Shown here: in pieces, positions 9,481 to 18,274 of the stretch
Layout of the letters: every line of letters begins with the position of its first letter
Position numbering within the stretch: position 1 is the first letter of the stretch
Position numbers and translations under genes: made by a program
DNA from: Pedosphaera sp.
Lineage (GTDB): Bacteria; Verrucomicrobiota; Verrucomicrobiia; Limisphaerales; JADLHS01
Reading direction: 5' to 3'
Assembly: GCA_009695195.1 (NCBI GenBank)
Contig: SIBJ01000001.1
Location: 53,581 to 117,580 of the forward strand
DNA: 64,000 nucleotides
Notes under the pieces: generated by a model
What the model was told of the DNA's origin: nothing
Databases searched by the model: none
What the model saw: the letters and a program-made list of their open reading frames with translations, nothing else

Positions 9481-11571
9481 ATCGCCGCGACGAACGGCGG
9501 CGCGCTCACCGTGAACTGCGATTGCCTGATGGACGGCGCGATTGCGTTGCTCACCACGAACGCGTGCCAAGCCTTCGTGCCGAACCTGTCCGTGCTGTCG
9601 AACTCGCCGTGCATCTCCAACAACTGCGGCAGCATCAACATCACGCAAACACCGGCAGCGGGAACAATCGTTGGCGCGGGATCGCATCCCATCACGGTGA
9701 AGATTTCCAATTGCGCGGGCATCACCAACACCTGCGTCCTGCCGTTCTTCGTCAACGCGCCGCAACCCACGATCACTTGCCCGCCCAACCTCACGCTTTA
9801 CACCTGCACCAATTACGCCATCGCGAACTTCGCGCCGACCGCCACGGGCAACACCGGCGTCATCGTCTGCTCGCCGCCGTCGGGCAGTGCCTTCCCGATC
9901 AACACCACGACCACCGTGACCTGCACCGCCACAAACTCCTGCGGCGCGAGCGCGAGTTGCACGTTCACCGTCACCGTGCGCCCGCCGCATCCCAAGTGGG
10001 CCTGTTTCATCAAAGTCATCGGCATCATCACCTTCCCGCCGCCCACGGGCCGCATTATTTATCTGCCCAACTTCCCCGACGGCGGCAAGGGCGTGGACTT
10101 CGCCGATCTCAGCGGCACGGACGGCGTACGCTTCGATCTCGGCCCGGCGGAGAAATTCACGTTCAGCACCGTGCTGGATTTCGCCGCCCCCACCAACGCG
10201 AGCTTTGAACTGCGCCTCCCGCCCGGCGCGGGCACGACCATTAGCACACCGCTGGTCCGCTTCGAGCGCACGTGCGACACGAATTGCGGCTGGGCCGTCC
10301 GGCTGTCGCCCCAGATCGTGAGCGATCCGTCCGCGCAGTTCCGCGCCGTGGCCATCAGCGACGAAGGCGAATTGTTCAACTCCGTCACTTTGGACCGCGC
10401 GGCACTCGGCACGAATCGCTTCGCGATCATCGGCCCGATGGACGGCAATACGAACGCGTTGATCACGGTGACCTTCGACTTGCTCACGCGCGAACTCAGC
10501 CTCGGCCTGCCCGGTTGTGATTGGACGCCGAGCGCGCGGCACAAAGGCTGGGACGGCTGCATTTACGGAAACCCGCGGCCACGTCCCACCGGAACGAACA
10601 AAACCGCGCGCGTCATCATCACGCCGCAAACGCCGCTGCCCCTGCCGCCGATCACGGAACTCAGCCTCACGGTCAGCAACCTCGCGACGCTCGCCTTCGA
10701 CAATCCCGCCATCACCATGTCCGGCCGCAAGTGGGGCGACGGCCACGTCACGTTGATGAAGGCGTACGACGACGGCGCGGAGCGCGGCATGGAATTTTTC
10801 GCTGCCGGCACCGGCGGTGGCGTGAACGCGGAACTTGGCCACGCGGCGAGTTTCCAATTGCGCATGACTTCGCTCGACACCAACGGCCTGCCGCCGCTCG
10901 AGCAGCAATTCGCGATACGGGGTTGGCCGCCGGGTACAACCACAAACCGCCCGCCGCCGCCCATCATCAACCTGCGTCTCTCACCGGACCTCAACGGTCT
11001 TAGCGGCGTGGAACTCGCCGCGGAATTTGTCGAGTGGGGCGTTGCTAACGTCACGGTGCAGCTCTGGAACGGCACGGCACTCGTCGCCGAGACGAACCAC
11101 GTTCCTGCCACGCTTGTCAGTTCGCTCGTCATGTTGGGCGGCTTCCCTGGAATCATCGGTTGCTCCGGCGTCGGCATCGTGAGTCTTTCGGTGGACCCGC
11201 CGCGTACGCTGGACGTTTACGACGGTCTTTTCTGCCCCGGCTCCGTTGGCTGCATCGGCACGGAACTGCGCATCCTCCCGGAATTCATCCCCGCCCCGAC
11301 TCCGCCGACCGCTTACACCGGCTTCAGCGCGGCCATCGGCGACGGAATGGACTACTTGATTCACCGCCTGCAAACCACGCCGGCCTGCTCACCGGTGCCG
11401 CTGCACGTTGCGACCGCGCCTGGCGGAGTCACGTTGACTTGGGAAGGCGACGGCTTCCACCTTCAAGGCGCGGAAACTGTCGAGGGCCCGTGGTACGATT
11501 TGAATGTGGAATCACCGGCAACGATTCCGGCCAGCGCAACCGCGCGGGTTTTCAAGCTCCGATGCGATTGA
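8521..11571 (+). CDS. Giant surface protein, C-terminal part; same frame as 5593-8514 and likely a continuation
   Basis: The ORF is in the same frame as the upstream ORF (8521-5239 is divisible by 3). It begins mid-module (TTNWTTGICPKVHTRVWTIYDACVN..TEVDFTPP) and has no signal peptide of its own. It contains further jelly-roll and HYR-like domains (CPPNLTLYTCTNY...CTATNSCGASASCTFTVTV). Confidence 0.7.
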   Translation: MTTNWTTGICPKVHTRVWTIYDACVNSITATQSVTEVDFTPPLLLCNGVNMVPNGDFENYVQCPPAFSYLQNAQPWSGWSSELFHACAPFNSGVSVPANFIGSQAPFSGSGYGGCYVYFNTGNSSNSIREYLETPLIAPLIAGQTYAVSFRVSRADNCTHAIAQIGAAFSTGNISNYFALTPQVVNPSGNIITNSTGWTLISGAFTASGGENTLTLGNFLQDASTTAQFIGPALINNSSYYYYDDVKVIALCTNVPVKTVPCGSPWNFDPAPLAVDRCSGSNVTVTLAGTVTNTSCPLNVVRTWTLTDACGNATNWSQTVIAATNGGALTVNCDCLMDGAIALLTTNACQAFVPNLSVLSNSPCISNNCGSINITQTPAAGTIVGAGSHPITVKISNCAGITNTCVLPFFVNAPQPTITCPPNLTLYTCTNYAIANFAPTATGNTGVIVCSPPSGSAFPINTTTTVTCTATNSCGASASCTFTVTVRPPHPKWACFIKVIGIITFPPPTGRIIYLPNFPDGGKGVDFADLSGTDGVRFDLGPAEKFTFSTVLDFAAPTNASFELRLPPGAGTTISTPLVRFERTCDTNCGWAVRLSPQIVSDPSAQFRAVAISDEGELFNSVTLDRAALGTNRFAIIGPMDGNTNALITVTFDLLTRELSLGLPGCDWTPSARHKGWDGCIYGNPRPRPTGTNKTARVIITPQTPLPLPPITELSLTVSNLATLAFDNPAITMSGRKWGDGHVTLMKAYDDGAERGMEFFAAGTGGGVNAELGHAASFQLRMTSLDTNGLPPLEQQFAIRGWPPGTTTNRPPPPIINLRLSPDLNGLSGVELAAEFVEWGVANVTVQLWNGTALVAETNHVPATLVSSLVMLGGFPGIIGCSGVGIVSLSVDPPRTLDVYDGLFCPGSVGCIGTELRILPEFIPAPTPPTAYTGFSAAIGDGMDYLIHRLQTTPACSPVPLHVATAPGGVTLTWEGDGFHLQGAETVEGPWYDLNVESPATIPASATARVFKLRCD

Positions 11572-11573
11572 GC

Positions 11574-11615
11574 CGCTAATCTTCGCTAATCAGCGCTGAT
11601 GAGTGGAGATTAGCG
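11574..11615. terminator. Hairpin between convergent genes (candidate bidirectional terminator)
   Basis: CCGCTAATCT (11574-11583) pairs with AGATTAGCGG (11606-11615), and there is an inner ATCAGCGCTGAT palindrome. It sits exactly between the stop at 11571 (+) and the stop at 11617 (-). There is no clear U-tract. Confidence 0.4.
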
Positions 11616-11616
11616 G

Positions 11617-12480
11617 TCAAAGATACTTCGCCAAAATCGGTTTCAGTTCGGCGATGGTCTTCCGCGGCCAGACCTTCCGGTCGGTCATGATGGCGTTCTT
11701 GAGCGCGGAGTGGCACGGCCAGTTCGGTTCGGCGGGAATCTGCGCAATGGTGCGCGCGACGACGGCTTTGGCAGTCGCGGCGTTGCGCATCAGGTTGGCG
11801 ATGACCATTTCCACGGTCACGTGCGCTTCGTCCACTTTCCAGCAATCGTAGTCGGTGATCATCGCCATCGTGGCGTAGGCAATCTCGGCTTCGCGGGCGC
11901 ACTTGGCTTCGCCTAGATTCGTCATGCCGATGACGTCGTAACCGAGCTTGTGGTTGGTGATGGATTCGGCGCGGGTGCTGAAGGCCGGGCCTTCCATGTT
12001 CACATAAGTGCCGCCGTCGTGGACGCGGGCTTTCTGGATGCGCGCATTTTTCAAAAGGAGTTGCCGCAATTCTTCACAAACCGGATCAGCGAAAGCAATG
12101 TGCCCGACGATGCCGCGTCCGAAGAACGTGTGCTCGAAGTCGCGCTTGGTGCGGTCGAGGAACTGGTCAATGAGCACGATGTCGCACGGTTTGTATTTCG
12201 CCTGGAGCGAGCCGACGGCGCTGACGCTGATGATCCACGCGACGCCGAGTTTCTTCATGGCCCAGATGTTGGCACGATGATTCAACTCGCTCGGCAGGAT
12301 GCGATGTCCACGAGCATGGCGCGGGAGAAAAACGACTTCGCGCCCAGCGAGCTTGCCGGTGAGCAATTCATCCGACGGCGAACCGAACGGCGTTTTGACC
12401 TTCACCCATTTCTGGTGGGTGAAGCCTTCGAGGTTGTAAAGCCCGCTGCCACCGATGATGCCGATGCGATGTGAAGACAT
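11617..12480 (-). CDS. mtnP: S-methyl-5'-thioadenosine phosphorylase
   Basis: MSSHRIGIIGGSGLY...VVFLPRHARGHRILPSELNHRANIWAMKKLGV...; family-typical motifs and length (287 aa). Confidence 0.9.
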   Translation of the reverse strand: MSSHRIGIIGGSGLYNLEGFTHQKWVKVKTPFGSPSDELLTGKLAGREVVFLPRHARGHRILPSELNHRANIWAMKKLGVAWIISVSAVGSLQAKYKPCDIVLIDQFLDRTKRDFEHTFFGRGIVGHIAFADPVCEELRQLLLKNARIQKARVHDGGTYVNMEGPAFSTRAESITNHKLGYDVIGMTNLGEAKCAREAEIAYATMAMITDYDCWKVDEAHVTVEMVIANLMRNAATAKAVVARTIAQIPAEPNWPCHSALKNAIMTDRKVWPRKTIAELKPILAKYL

Positions 12481-12603
12481 GCGCGGGGTTATAGCAGCGC
12501 GGCTGACAGGTGCGAGCGAATTTTGTATTTTCCCGGCGGTTGCCGCTTGCCGCCGTGCGGATTATCCGGCAGGATATGTTCGCGTCGAAACCTCGACGTT
12601 TTT

Positions 12604-13911
12604 ATGTCACGCACCGGACGTCAAACCACCAACACCAGCAACGCGCTTTGCGTGATCATGGGCGGTGGGCAAGGCTCGCGCCTGTTTCCGCTGACCAAGG
12701 AGCGCTCCAAACCCGCCGTCCCGCTCGGCGGCAAATACCGGATCGTGGACATCCCGATCTCCAATTGCATCAACTCCGGCCTGCGACGCATCTACATCCT
12801 GACGCAGTTCAATTCCACGTCGCTGCACCGGCACATCTCGCAATCGTACAAGTTCGACCAGTTCACGGGCGGCTTCGTGGACGTGCTGGCGGCGCAACAA
12901 ACGCCCACCGACACCTCCTGGTATGAGGGCACGGCCGACGCGGTGCGGAAAAACCTGGTCAATTTTCTCAACCACGACTTCGAATACCTGATCATTCTCA
13001 GCGGCGACCAGCTTTACCGGATGAATTTCCGCGAGGTGGTCGCGCAGCACGCGGAGAGCGGCGCGGACATCACCATCGCGACCATCCCGGTGGGCCGCGC
13101 CGACGCGCAATCGCTCGGCATCATGCAGATCAACGAGGAACGGCGCATCACGCGCTTCGTCGAGAAGCCCAAGGACCCCACCGTCCTCGATTCGTTACGC
13201 CTGCCGGCGGATTGGCATCCAAAACTGGACATCGCGGGCGATCGGGAATTGTTCCTCGCCTCGATGGGCATCTACGTTTTCAACCGCGACGTCATCCGCG
13301 CGCTGCTCGACAACACGTTGTCCGACTTCGGCAAGCACATCATTCCGCAGGCGATCCAGACGCACAAAGTTTTCTCGTACGTTTTCCAGGGCTACTGGGA
13401 GGACATCGGGACGATTCGTTCCTTCTTCGAGGCGAACCTCGATCTCTGCTCGGAACTGCCGCGCTTCAATTTTTTCGACATGAGCGCGCCGATCTTCAGC
13501 CGGCCGCGCTTTCTGCCCGGCTCGAAGATCAACGGCGCGCAGATTGATCACGCGCTCGTCTCGGACGGCTGCATCATCAACCACGCGAAGATTTCCAACA
13601 GCATCATCGGCCTGCGCACCATCGTCGGCGAGGGCACGCAATTGCACCGCGTAGTGAACCTCGGCTGCGACTATTACGAATCCAACAGCTCGATCGAATA
13701 CCACGAGAAGGCGGGCAAGCCGCGCATTGGCATCGGTTCAGGCAGCCGCATCGAGAATGCGATCATTGACAAGAACGCCCGGGTCGGGAACAACGTCGTC
13801 ATCTCGCCCGCCGGCAAGCCGGAGAATCTGGATCACCCGCTTTACTTCATCCGCGACGGCGTGGTCATCATCCCAAAGGGCGGGACGATTCCGCACGGCA
13901 CAGTGGTTTGA
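12604..13911 (+). CDS. glgC: Glucose-1-phosphate adenylyltransferase
   Basis: VIMGGGQGSRLFPLTKERSKPAVPLGGKYRIVDIPISNCINSG...; start placed at ATG 12604 (MSRTGRQ). The track ORF extends further upstream to 12523. Confidence 0.9.
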   Translation: MSRTGRQTTNTSNALCVIMGGGQGSRLFPLTKERSKPAVPLGGKYRIVDIPISNCINSGLRRIYILTQFNSTSLHRHISQSYKFDQFTGGFVDVLAAQQTPTDTSWYEGTADAVRKNLVNFLNHDFEYLIILSGDQLYRMNFREVVAQHAESGADITIATIPVGRADAQSLGIMQINEERRITRFVEKPKDPTVLDSLRLPADWHPKLDIAGDRELFLASMGIYVFNRDVIRALLDNTLSDFGKHIIPQAIQTHKVFSYVFQGYWEDIGTIRSFFEANLDLCSELPRFNFFDMSAPIFSRPRFLPGSKINGAQIDHALVSDGCIINHAKISNSIIGLRTIVGEGTQLHRVVNLGCDYYESNSSIEYHEKAGKPRIGIGSGSRIENAIIDKNARVGNNVVISPAGKPENLDHPLYFIRDGVVIIPKGGTIPHGTVV

Positions 13912-13954
13912 GGCGCGCATTTACTTTCCGCCGCGCGGCTGCTAAAAATGCCGC

Positions 13955-14767
13955 GTGCTTGCCGCCGCCATCTGGAAATCCATGAACTCGCCGCGCACGC
14001 TTGCACTCATCGCCGGGCCGTGTGTCATCGAGCGGGAAAGCCTTTGCCTGCGCGTCGCGGAGTCGCTTCAGAAAACGTGCGCGCGGCTGAAAATCTTTTA
14101 CGTCTTCAAGGCCAGCTTCGACAAGGCCAATCGCACCTCCGGAAAATCTTTCCGCGGACCGGGCCTCGAATCCGGACTGAAAGTGCTCGGCAAGGTGCGC
14201 GCCGAATTCGGCGTGCCGGTGCTGACGGACGTTCACAACGAGGCGCAAGCCGCGGTCGCCGGCGAGGTCGTGGATATTTTGCAAATCCCCGCGTTTCTTT
14301 GCCGGCAGACGGATTTGATCGAAGCCGCCGTCGCCACCGGCCAGATCGTCAATCTCAAGAAAGGCCAGTTCCTTTCCCCGACGGAAATGAATCAAGTTGT
14401 TGCGAAAGCCCGCAGCGCAGGCGGTGAAAAAATCCTGCTCACCGAACGCGGCACAACCTTCGGCTACAACAATCTCGTGGCGGACATGCGCTCCATCCCG
14501 ATCCTGAAACGCACCGGCTGCCCGGTGATTTTTGACGCGACCCATTCCGTGCAACTCCCCGGCGGCGGCGGCGACAAATCGTCCGGCCAGCGCGAGTTCG
14601 CGCCGGTGCTCGCCAAAGCCGCCCTCGCCGCGGGCGCGAATGGAATCTTTATCGAGACACATCCGCAGCCGGACCAGGCGTTAAGCGACGGGCCAAACAT
14701 GATCGCGCTCGCGGACATGCCGGCGCTGTTACGCGAACTGGTGAAAGTTTTCGAGGCGGTCAGATGA
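13955..14767 (+). CDS. kdsA: 3-deoxy-8-phosphooctulonate synthase
   Basis: LIAGPCVIE...[17 protein letters not shown]...LTDVH...[15 protein letters not shown]; 270 aa. The start could instead be the internal MNSPRT. Confidence 0.9.
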   Translation: MLAAAIWKSMNSPRTLALIAGPCVIERESLCLRVAESLQKTCARLKIFYVFKASFDKANRTSGKSFRGPGLESGLKVLGKVRAEFGVPVLTDVHNEAQAAVAGEVVDILQIPAFLCRQTDLIEAAVATGQIVNLKKGQFLSPTEMNQVVAKARSAGGEKILLTERGTTFGYNNLVADMRSIPILKRTGCPVIFDATHSVQLPGGGGDKSSGQREFAPVLAKAALAAGANGIFIETHPQPDQALSDGPNMIALADMPALLRELVKVFEAVR

Positions 14768-14899
14768 AAAGCACCAAGCACCAAGCACCAAGCTCCAGAG
14801 AAATTCCAAGCTCCAAATTCCAAGCGGGGCCGGGCGCGCGGAGTTTGGAGCTTGGGTTTTGGAGCTTCTCTGGAGCTTGGTGCTTGGTGCTTGGAGCTT
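14768..14899. repeat. Long hairpin repeat, family C (AAGCACCAAGCTCCAGAGAAATTCCAAGCTCCAAATTCCAAG arms)
   Basis: The arms at 14768-14822 and 14844-14899 are reverse complements around a GC-rich loop, GGGGCCGGGCGCGCGG. A related copy lies at 31757-31892. Confidence 0.7.
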
Positions 14900-14909
14900 A
14901 ACCCCAATC

Positions 14910-15446
14910 GTGCCCCGCCAACCCTCCCCCCACCTCACCGCGCGCCTCAAACGCGTGAAGTTGTTCCTCTGCGACGTGGACGGCGTGCTCACTGACGCCT
15001 CCGTTTTCATCGGCGGCAGGGAAGAAATCAAACGCTTCAACATTCTGGACGGACTGGGAATTGTTTTGCTCCGGCGCGCCGGAATCAAAGTCGGTTGGAT
15101 TTCCAGCCGGCCATCGAGCGCCACCCAACTGCGCGCCGATGAATTGAAAATAGATTTCCTCGTCCAGCAAAAGGAAAGTAAAGTTGCCGGCGTTGAAACG
15201 ATCCTCGCGCAGACCGGCTTCACCTGGGCGCAGGTTTGTTACGTGGGCGACGACATCGTGGACCTTGGAGTTCTGAAACGCGCCGGCGTGGCGGTAGCGG
15301 TGGCCAACGCGACCGCCGAAGCGAAGGCCGCCGCGCATATCGTGACGAAAAAGCACGGCGGGCACGGCGCTGTGCGCGAGGTGGTGGAAAAGATTTTGAA
15401 ATCGCAGAACAAATGGACGCCCTTCGTTGTCGAATACGCGGCTTGA
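14910..15446 (+). CDS. kdsC: 3-deoxy-D-manno-octulosonate 8-phosphate phosphatase (HAD family)
   Basis: VKLFLCDVDGVLTDASVFIGG...DGLGIVLLRRAGIKVGWISSR...YVGDDIVDL. Start proposed at GTG 14910, because the track start (TTG 14859) lies inside the family C repeat. The start remains uncertain. Confidence 0.8.
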   Translation: MPRQPSPHLTARLKRVKLFLCDVDGVLTDASVFIGGREEIKRFNILDGLGIVLLRRAGIKVGWISSRPSSATQLRADELKIDFLVQQKESKVAGVETILAQTGFTWAQVCYVGDDIVDLGVLKRAGVAVAVANATAEAKAAAHIVTKKHGGHGAVREVVEKILKSQNKWTPFVVEYAA

Positions 15447-15921
15447 AACTTTGACCGGATTGAAAACGAGAACTCTTTTACTGTTCGCAGGCGTCGCGCT
15501 GCTGGCGTTGACGTGGTCGTTCGCGCGCGCGCAGCCGAAGCCCTTCACCATCGGCACGGCCAGCGATTTCTCGACCAGCATCTATTACGATCCGCCGTTG
15601 CAGGACAAATTGAAGGCCACTGTCATCGCCGCCGAAGCCGAGCAGAAAACGGACGGGCTGTTCCTGCTCAAAAAGCTGAAGCTCGACGCCTTTCGCGAAA
15701 CCGGCGAGCGCGAACTGACCGTCGAAGCGCCGGAATGTCTGTTCGATTCGTCCGCCCAGACCGCCAGTTCGGCGGGCGCGGTGCGCGTGCAAAGCGGCGA
15801 CGGCCGGCTACTGCTCGAAGGCGTGGGCTTTCTCTGGCAGCAAAAGACCGAGCACCTGACGATTTCCAATAAGATCAGCACCGTCATCACTGGCTTCCGC
15901 CCAACGAAAAAAGAACCATGA
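15427..15921 (+). CDS. LptC-like LPS export protein (putative)
   Basis: 164-aa ORF with a TTG start and an N-terminal anchor (LLLFAGVALLAL). It sits between kdsC and lptA, as in the canonical kdsC-lptC-lptA-lptB order. Sequence evidence on its own is weak. Confidence 0.5.
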   Translation: MSNTRLETLTGLKTRTLLLFAGVALLALTWSFARAQPKPFTIGTASDFSTSIYYDPPLQDKLKATVIAAEAEQKTDGLFLLKKLKLDAFRETGERELTVEAPECLFDSSAQTASSAGAVRVQSGDGRLLLEGVGFLWQQKTEHLTISNKISTVITGFRPTKKEP

Positions 15922-16469
15922 AAACCTTTTGGACCCTTCTCGCAATGTCCGGCTTGAGCGTGATGTTGATCGCGCAAACGAACGCGCCCGCCACCGCCGG
16001 CGCCGCGCGGCCTCAGACCAAGATCACGGCGGTGTCGGTGGACATGAGCGTGAAGGAGCGCCTGGCGGTTTACACCGGCAACGTCCGCGTCGAGGACCCG
16101 CTGATGACCCTGACCTGCGAATTGCTGACCGCGCGTATGTTCACCAACAGCATGAAACCCGAAAGCATCGTGGCCGAGAAAAACGTGGTTGTGGACTGCA
16201 CCGACAACAAGGGACAGACTGGCCGCGCGACCGCGGACAAATTGGTTTACAGCTACAAAGTCGCCGACGGCGTCACCAACGAGGGCATTGTGCTGACGGG
16301 AAATCCGCAGCTTACGACTTCGCAGTTGGGCAGCTTCATCGGTGACCCGATTGTTTGGGACATCACCAGCGGACGAATCGTTGCCCAGGCGCCGGTAACG
16401 CGGATCAATCTGCCGACCAACACCATCGCACCCGTGCTGGAAAAATTCTCCCCGGAGAAAAATAAATGA
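15918..16469 (+). CDS. lptA: LptA/OstA-like periplasmic LPS transport protein
   Basis: Signal peptide MKTFWTLLAMSGLSVMLIAQT; OstA-like strands (AVYTGNVRVEDP...ADKLVY). It overlaps lptC-like by 4 nt and lptB by 4 nt. Confidence 0.7.
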   Translation: MKTFWTLLAMSGLSVMLIAQTNAPATAGAARPQTKITAVSVDMSVKERLAVYTGNVRVEDPLMTLTCELLTARMFTNSMKPESIVAEKNVVVDCTDNKGQTGRATADKLVYSYKVADGVTNEGIVLTGNPQLTTSQLGSFIGDPIVWDITSGRIVAQAPVTRINLPTNTIAPVLEKFSPEKNK

Positions 16470-17242
16470 GACGTGCAGAGAACCAGTCATCCGCACCCAT
16501 CGCCGACAGCGAAGCGAACGGCGTTTTGCTTCGCACCGAAAAGCTGGTGAAGGAATACAAGACCCGTCGCGTGGTGAACGGCGTTTCCATCACGGTCGCG
16601 CCCGGCGAGATCGTCGGCTTGCTCGGGCCGAACGGCGCGGGCAAGACCACGACCTTCAACATGGTCGTCGGCGTCGTGAAGCCGGACGAGGGCGCGGTGA
16701 TGTTTCAGGACGGCGACATCACCCGCCTGCCGATGCACCAACGCGCGCGGCTCGGCATCGGTTATCTCACGCAGGAGCCGTCCGTTTTCCGCAAGCTCAC
16801 CGTCGAGCAAAACCTGCTGGCGATCCTCGAGACCTGCAAACTTTCGCGCGCCGAACGCGCCGTCCGCCTGAAATATCTCCTCGACGAACTCGACCTCGCG
16901 CCGCTCGCGCGCAATATGGCCTACACGTTGAGCGGCGGTGAAAAGCGCCGGCTCGAAATCACCCGCGCGCTCGTCACCAGCCCGAAACTGTTGCTGCTCG
17001 ACGAACCGCTCGCGGGCATTGATCCCATAGCGGTTTACGAGGTGCAAAAAATCATCCGCCGGCTGAAGGAGCGCGGTCTTGGGATCTTGATCACCGACCA
17101 CAGCGCGCGCGAAATGCTCAAGCTCGTGGATCGTGCCTATCTCATCCACCGCGGCGAAGTGGTTTACGAAGGCGACGCCGCGCGCATGGTCGAGGACCCG
17201 AAGGCGCGGGAGATTTATCTCGGGCCGGAGTTTAATATGTAA
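16466..17242 (+). CDS. lptB: LPS export ABC transporter ATP-binding protein
   Basis: Walker A GPNGAGKTT, signature LSGGEKRRLEI, Walker B LLLDEP, and the C-terminal LptB-type tail YLGPEF. Confidence 0.92.
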   Translation: MRRAENQSSAPIADSEANGVLLRTEKLVKEYKTRRVVNGVSITVAPGEIVGLLGPNGAGKTTTFNMVVGVVKPDEGAVMFQDGDITRLPMHQRARLGIGYLTQEPSVFRKLTVEQNLLAILETCKLSRAERAVRLKYLLDELDLAPLARNMAYTLSGGEKRRLEITRALVTSPKLLLLDEPLAGIDPIAVYEVQKIIRRLKERGLGILITDHSAREMLKLVDRAYLIHRGEVVYEGDAARMVEDPKAREIYLGPEFNM

Positions 17243-17251
17243 ATCCGAAAG

Positions 17252-17346
17252 CCGAACATCCAACACTCAACATCCAGATCGAACATCCAATTTGAACGGG
17301 CCGCGCGCCGGGTTCTTTGGATGTTGGTTGTTCGATGTTGGTTGTT
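17252..17346. repeat. Hairpin repeat, family D (GAACATCCAACACTCAACATCC arms)
   Basis: CCGAACATCCAACACTCAACATCCAGATCGAACATCCAA pairs with TTTGGATGTTGGTTGTTCGATGTTGGTTG around the GC-rich loop CGGGCCGCGCGCCGG. It lies between convergent lptB and the DUF554 gene. Confidence 0.6.
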
Positions 17347-17351
17347 TCGTT

Positions 17352-18134
17352 TCACTTCCAAAACCACGTGACCACCGGCGCCACCATCAGCGCCGGCAAA
17401 AAGTCCGCCAGTTCGACCTTCTTGAATTCAAAGATCACCAGTCCCACCGTGCAGATGATCAATCCACCCACGGCGTTCACGGAATCGAGCAGCGCGTACG
17501 CGTGCAGCCACGGCTGGAGATAGATCACGCACGCCAGCGTGAGGGTGCCTTGCAGCAGAAATACCGGCAGCGCGCAGAGCATCGAAGCCGCGCCGAACAG
17601 CCGCACGAAACTCATCATCGCCAGCGCGTCCATCACACCCTTGACCGCGAGCGGATAAAAATAACCATCGGCATCGGGGCGGTTCGGCAGACCGTCGTGG
17701 ATCGCGCCGAGGATCCCGAGCGGCGAGGCGCAGAACAGGATGGCGCACGCGTTCAGGCCGTTGGTGAATCGGAGCGCGCCATCCTTTTGCGTCTCCTCGA
17801 TAAGCCGGCGCGCGTACTGGCCGGCGCGATTCGACGCGTTTTGAAAATGCAGCAGCCGCCCGAGCCATTTGCCAAGCAGCACGGCGAGGAACGCGATCAC
17901 AATCTGCTTGAGCACCAGCGCGAACGGCCCGCCGACGCTCAACCACGAGAGCCGCAGCCCGTAAAAAATTGTGAACACGCCGATCGCGACCTTGAAGAAG
18001 GCCTGCGACTGCGCGGTCAACGGCGTGGACCGCGCCAGCCCGATCACGCCGCCGACGACGATGCCCGTTGCGTTCAAGATTGCGCCCGTCACGCGGCGAA
18101 CTGAACCACGCCGCGCGCCGCGAGCAAAGCGCAA
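17352..18134 (-). CDS. DUF554 family membrane protein
   Basis: VTGAILNATGIVVGGVIG...NGLNACAILFCASPLGILGAIHDGL...GGLIICTVGL matches my recollection of DUF554 (YdfK/YqgA-like). The true start may be the GTG about 14 codons downstream. Confidence 0.7.
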   Translation of the reverse strand: MRFARGARRGSVRRVTGAILNATGIVVGGVIGLARSTPLTAQSQAFFKVAIGVFTIFYGLRLSWLSVGGPFALVLKQIVIAFLAVLLGKWLGRLLHFQNASNRAGQYARRLIEETQKDGALRFTNGLNACAILFCASPLGILGAIHDGLPNRPDADGYFYPLAVKGVMDALAMMSFVRLFGAASMLCALPVFLLQGTLTLACVIYLQPWLHAYALLDSVNAVGGLIICTVGLVIFEFKKVELADFLPALMVAPVVTWFWK

Positions 18135-18143
18135 AGTGCGGAC

Positions 18144-18215
18144 GGAGCGCGGAATTCATTCCGCTTCGCCGCACCAACGCCAACCATCGCCGAAGCGGAA
18201 TAAATTCCGCGCTCC
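18144..18215. repeat. Hairpin repeat, family J (GGAGCGCGGAATTCATTCCGCTTCG arms)
   Basis: GGAGCGCGGAATTCATTCCGCTTCG ... CGAAGCGGAATAAATTCCGCGCTCC, an inverted repeat of about 25 bp. Confidence 0.6.
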
Positions 18216-18274
18216 GGAAAATTCATTGCGCCCGCTCTCAACGCAGCTAAAACTTCCCGGCAACTCAGACACTC

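Noticed and set aside
17133-18104. A 323-aa plus-strand ORF overlapping the lptB 3' end and the DUF554 gene.
   Set aside because: Its translation is Arg/His/Gln-rich low-complexity sequence. It lies antisense to a credible polytopic membrane protein and runs through the family D hairpin.
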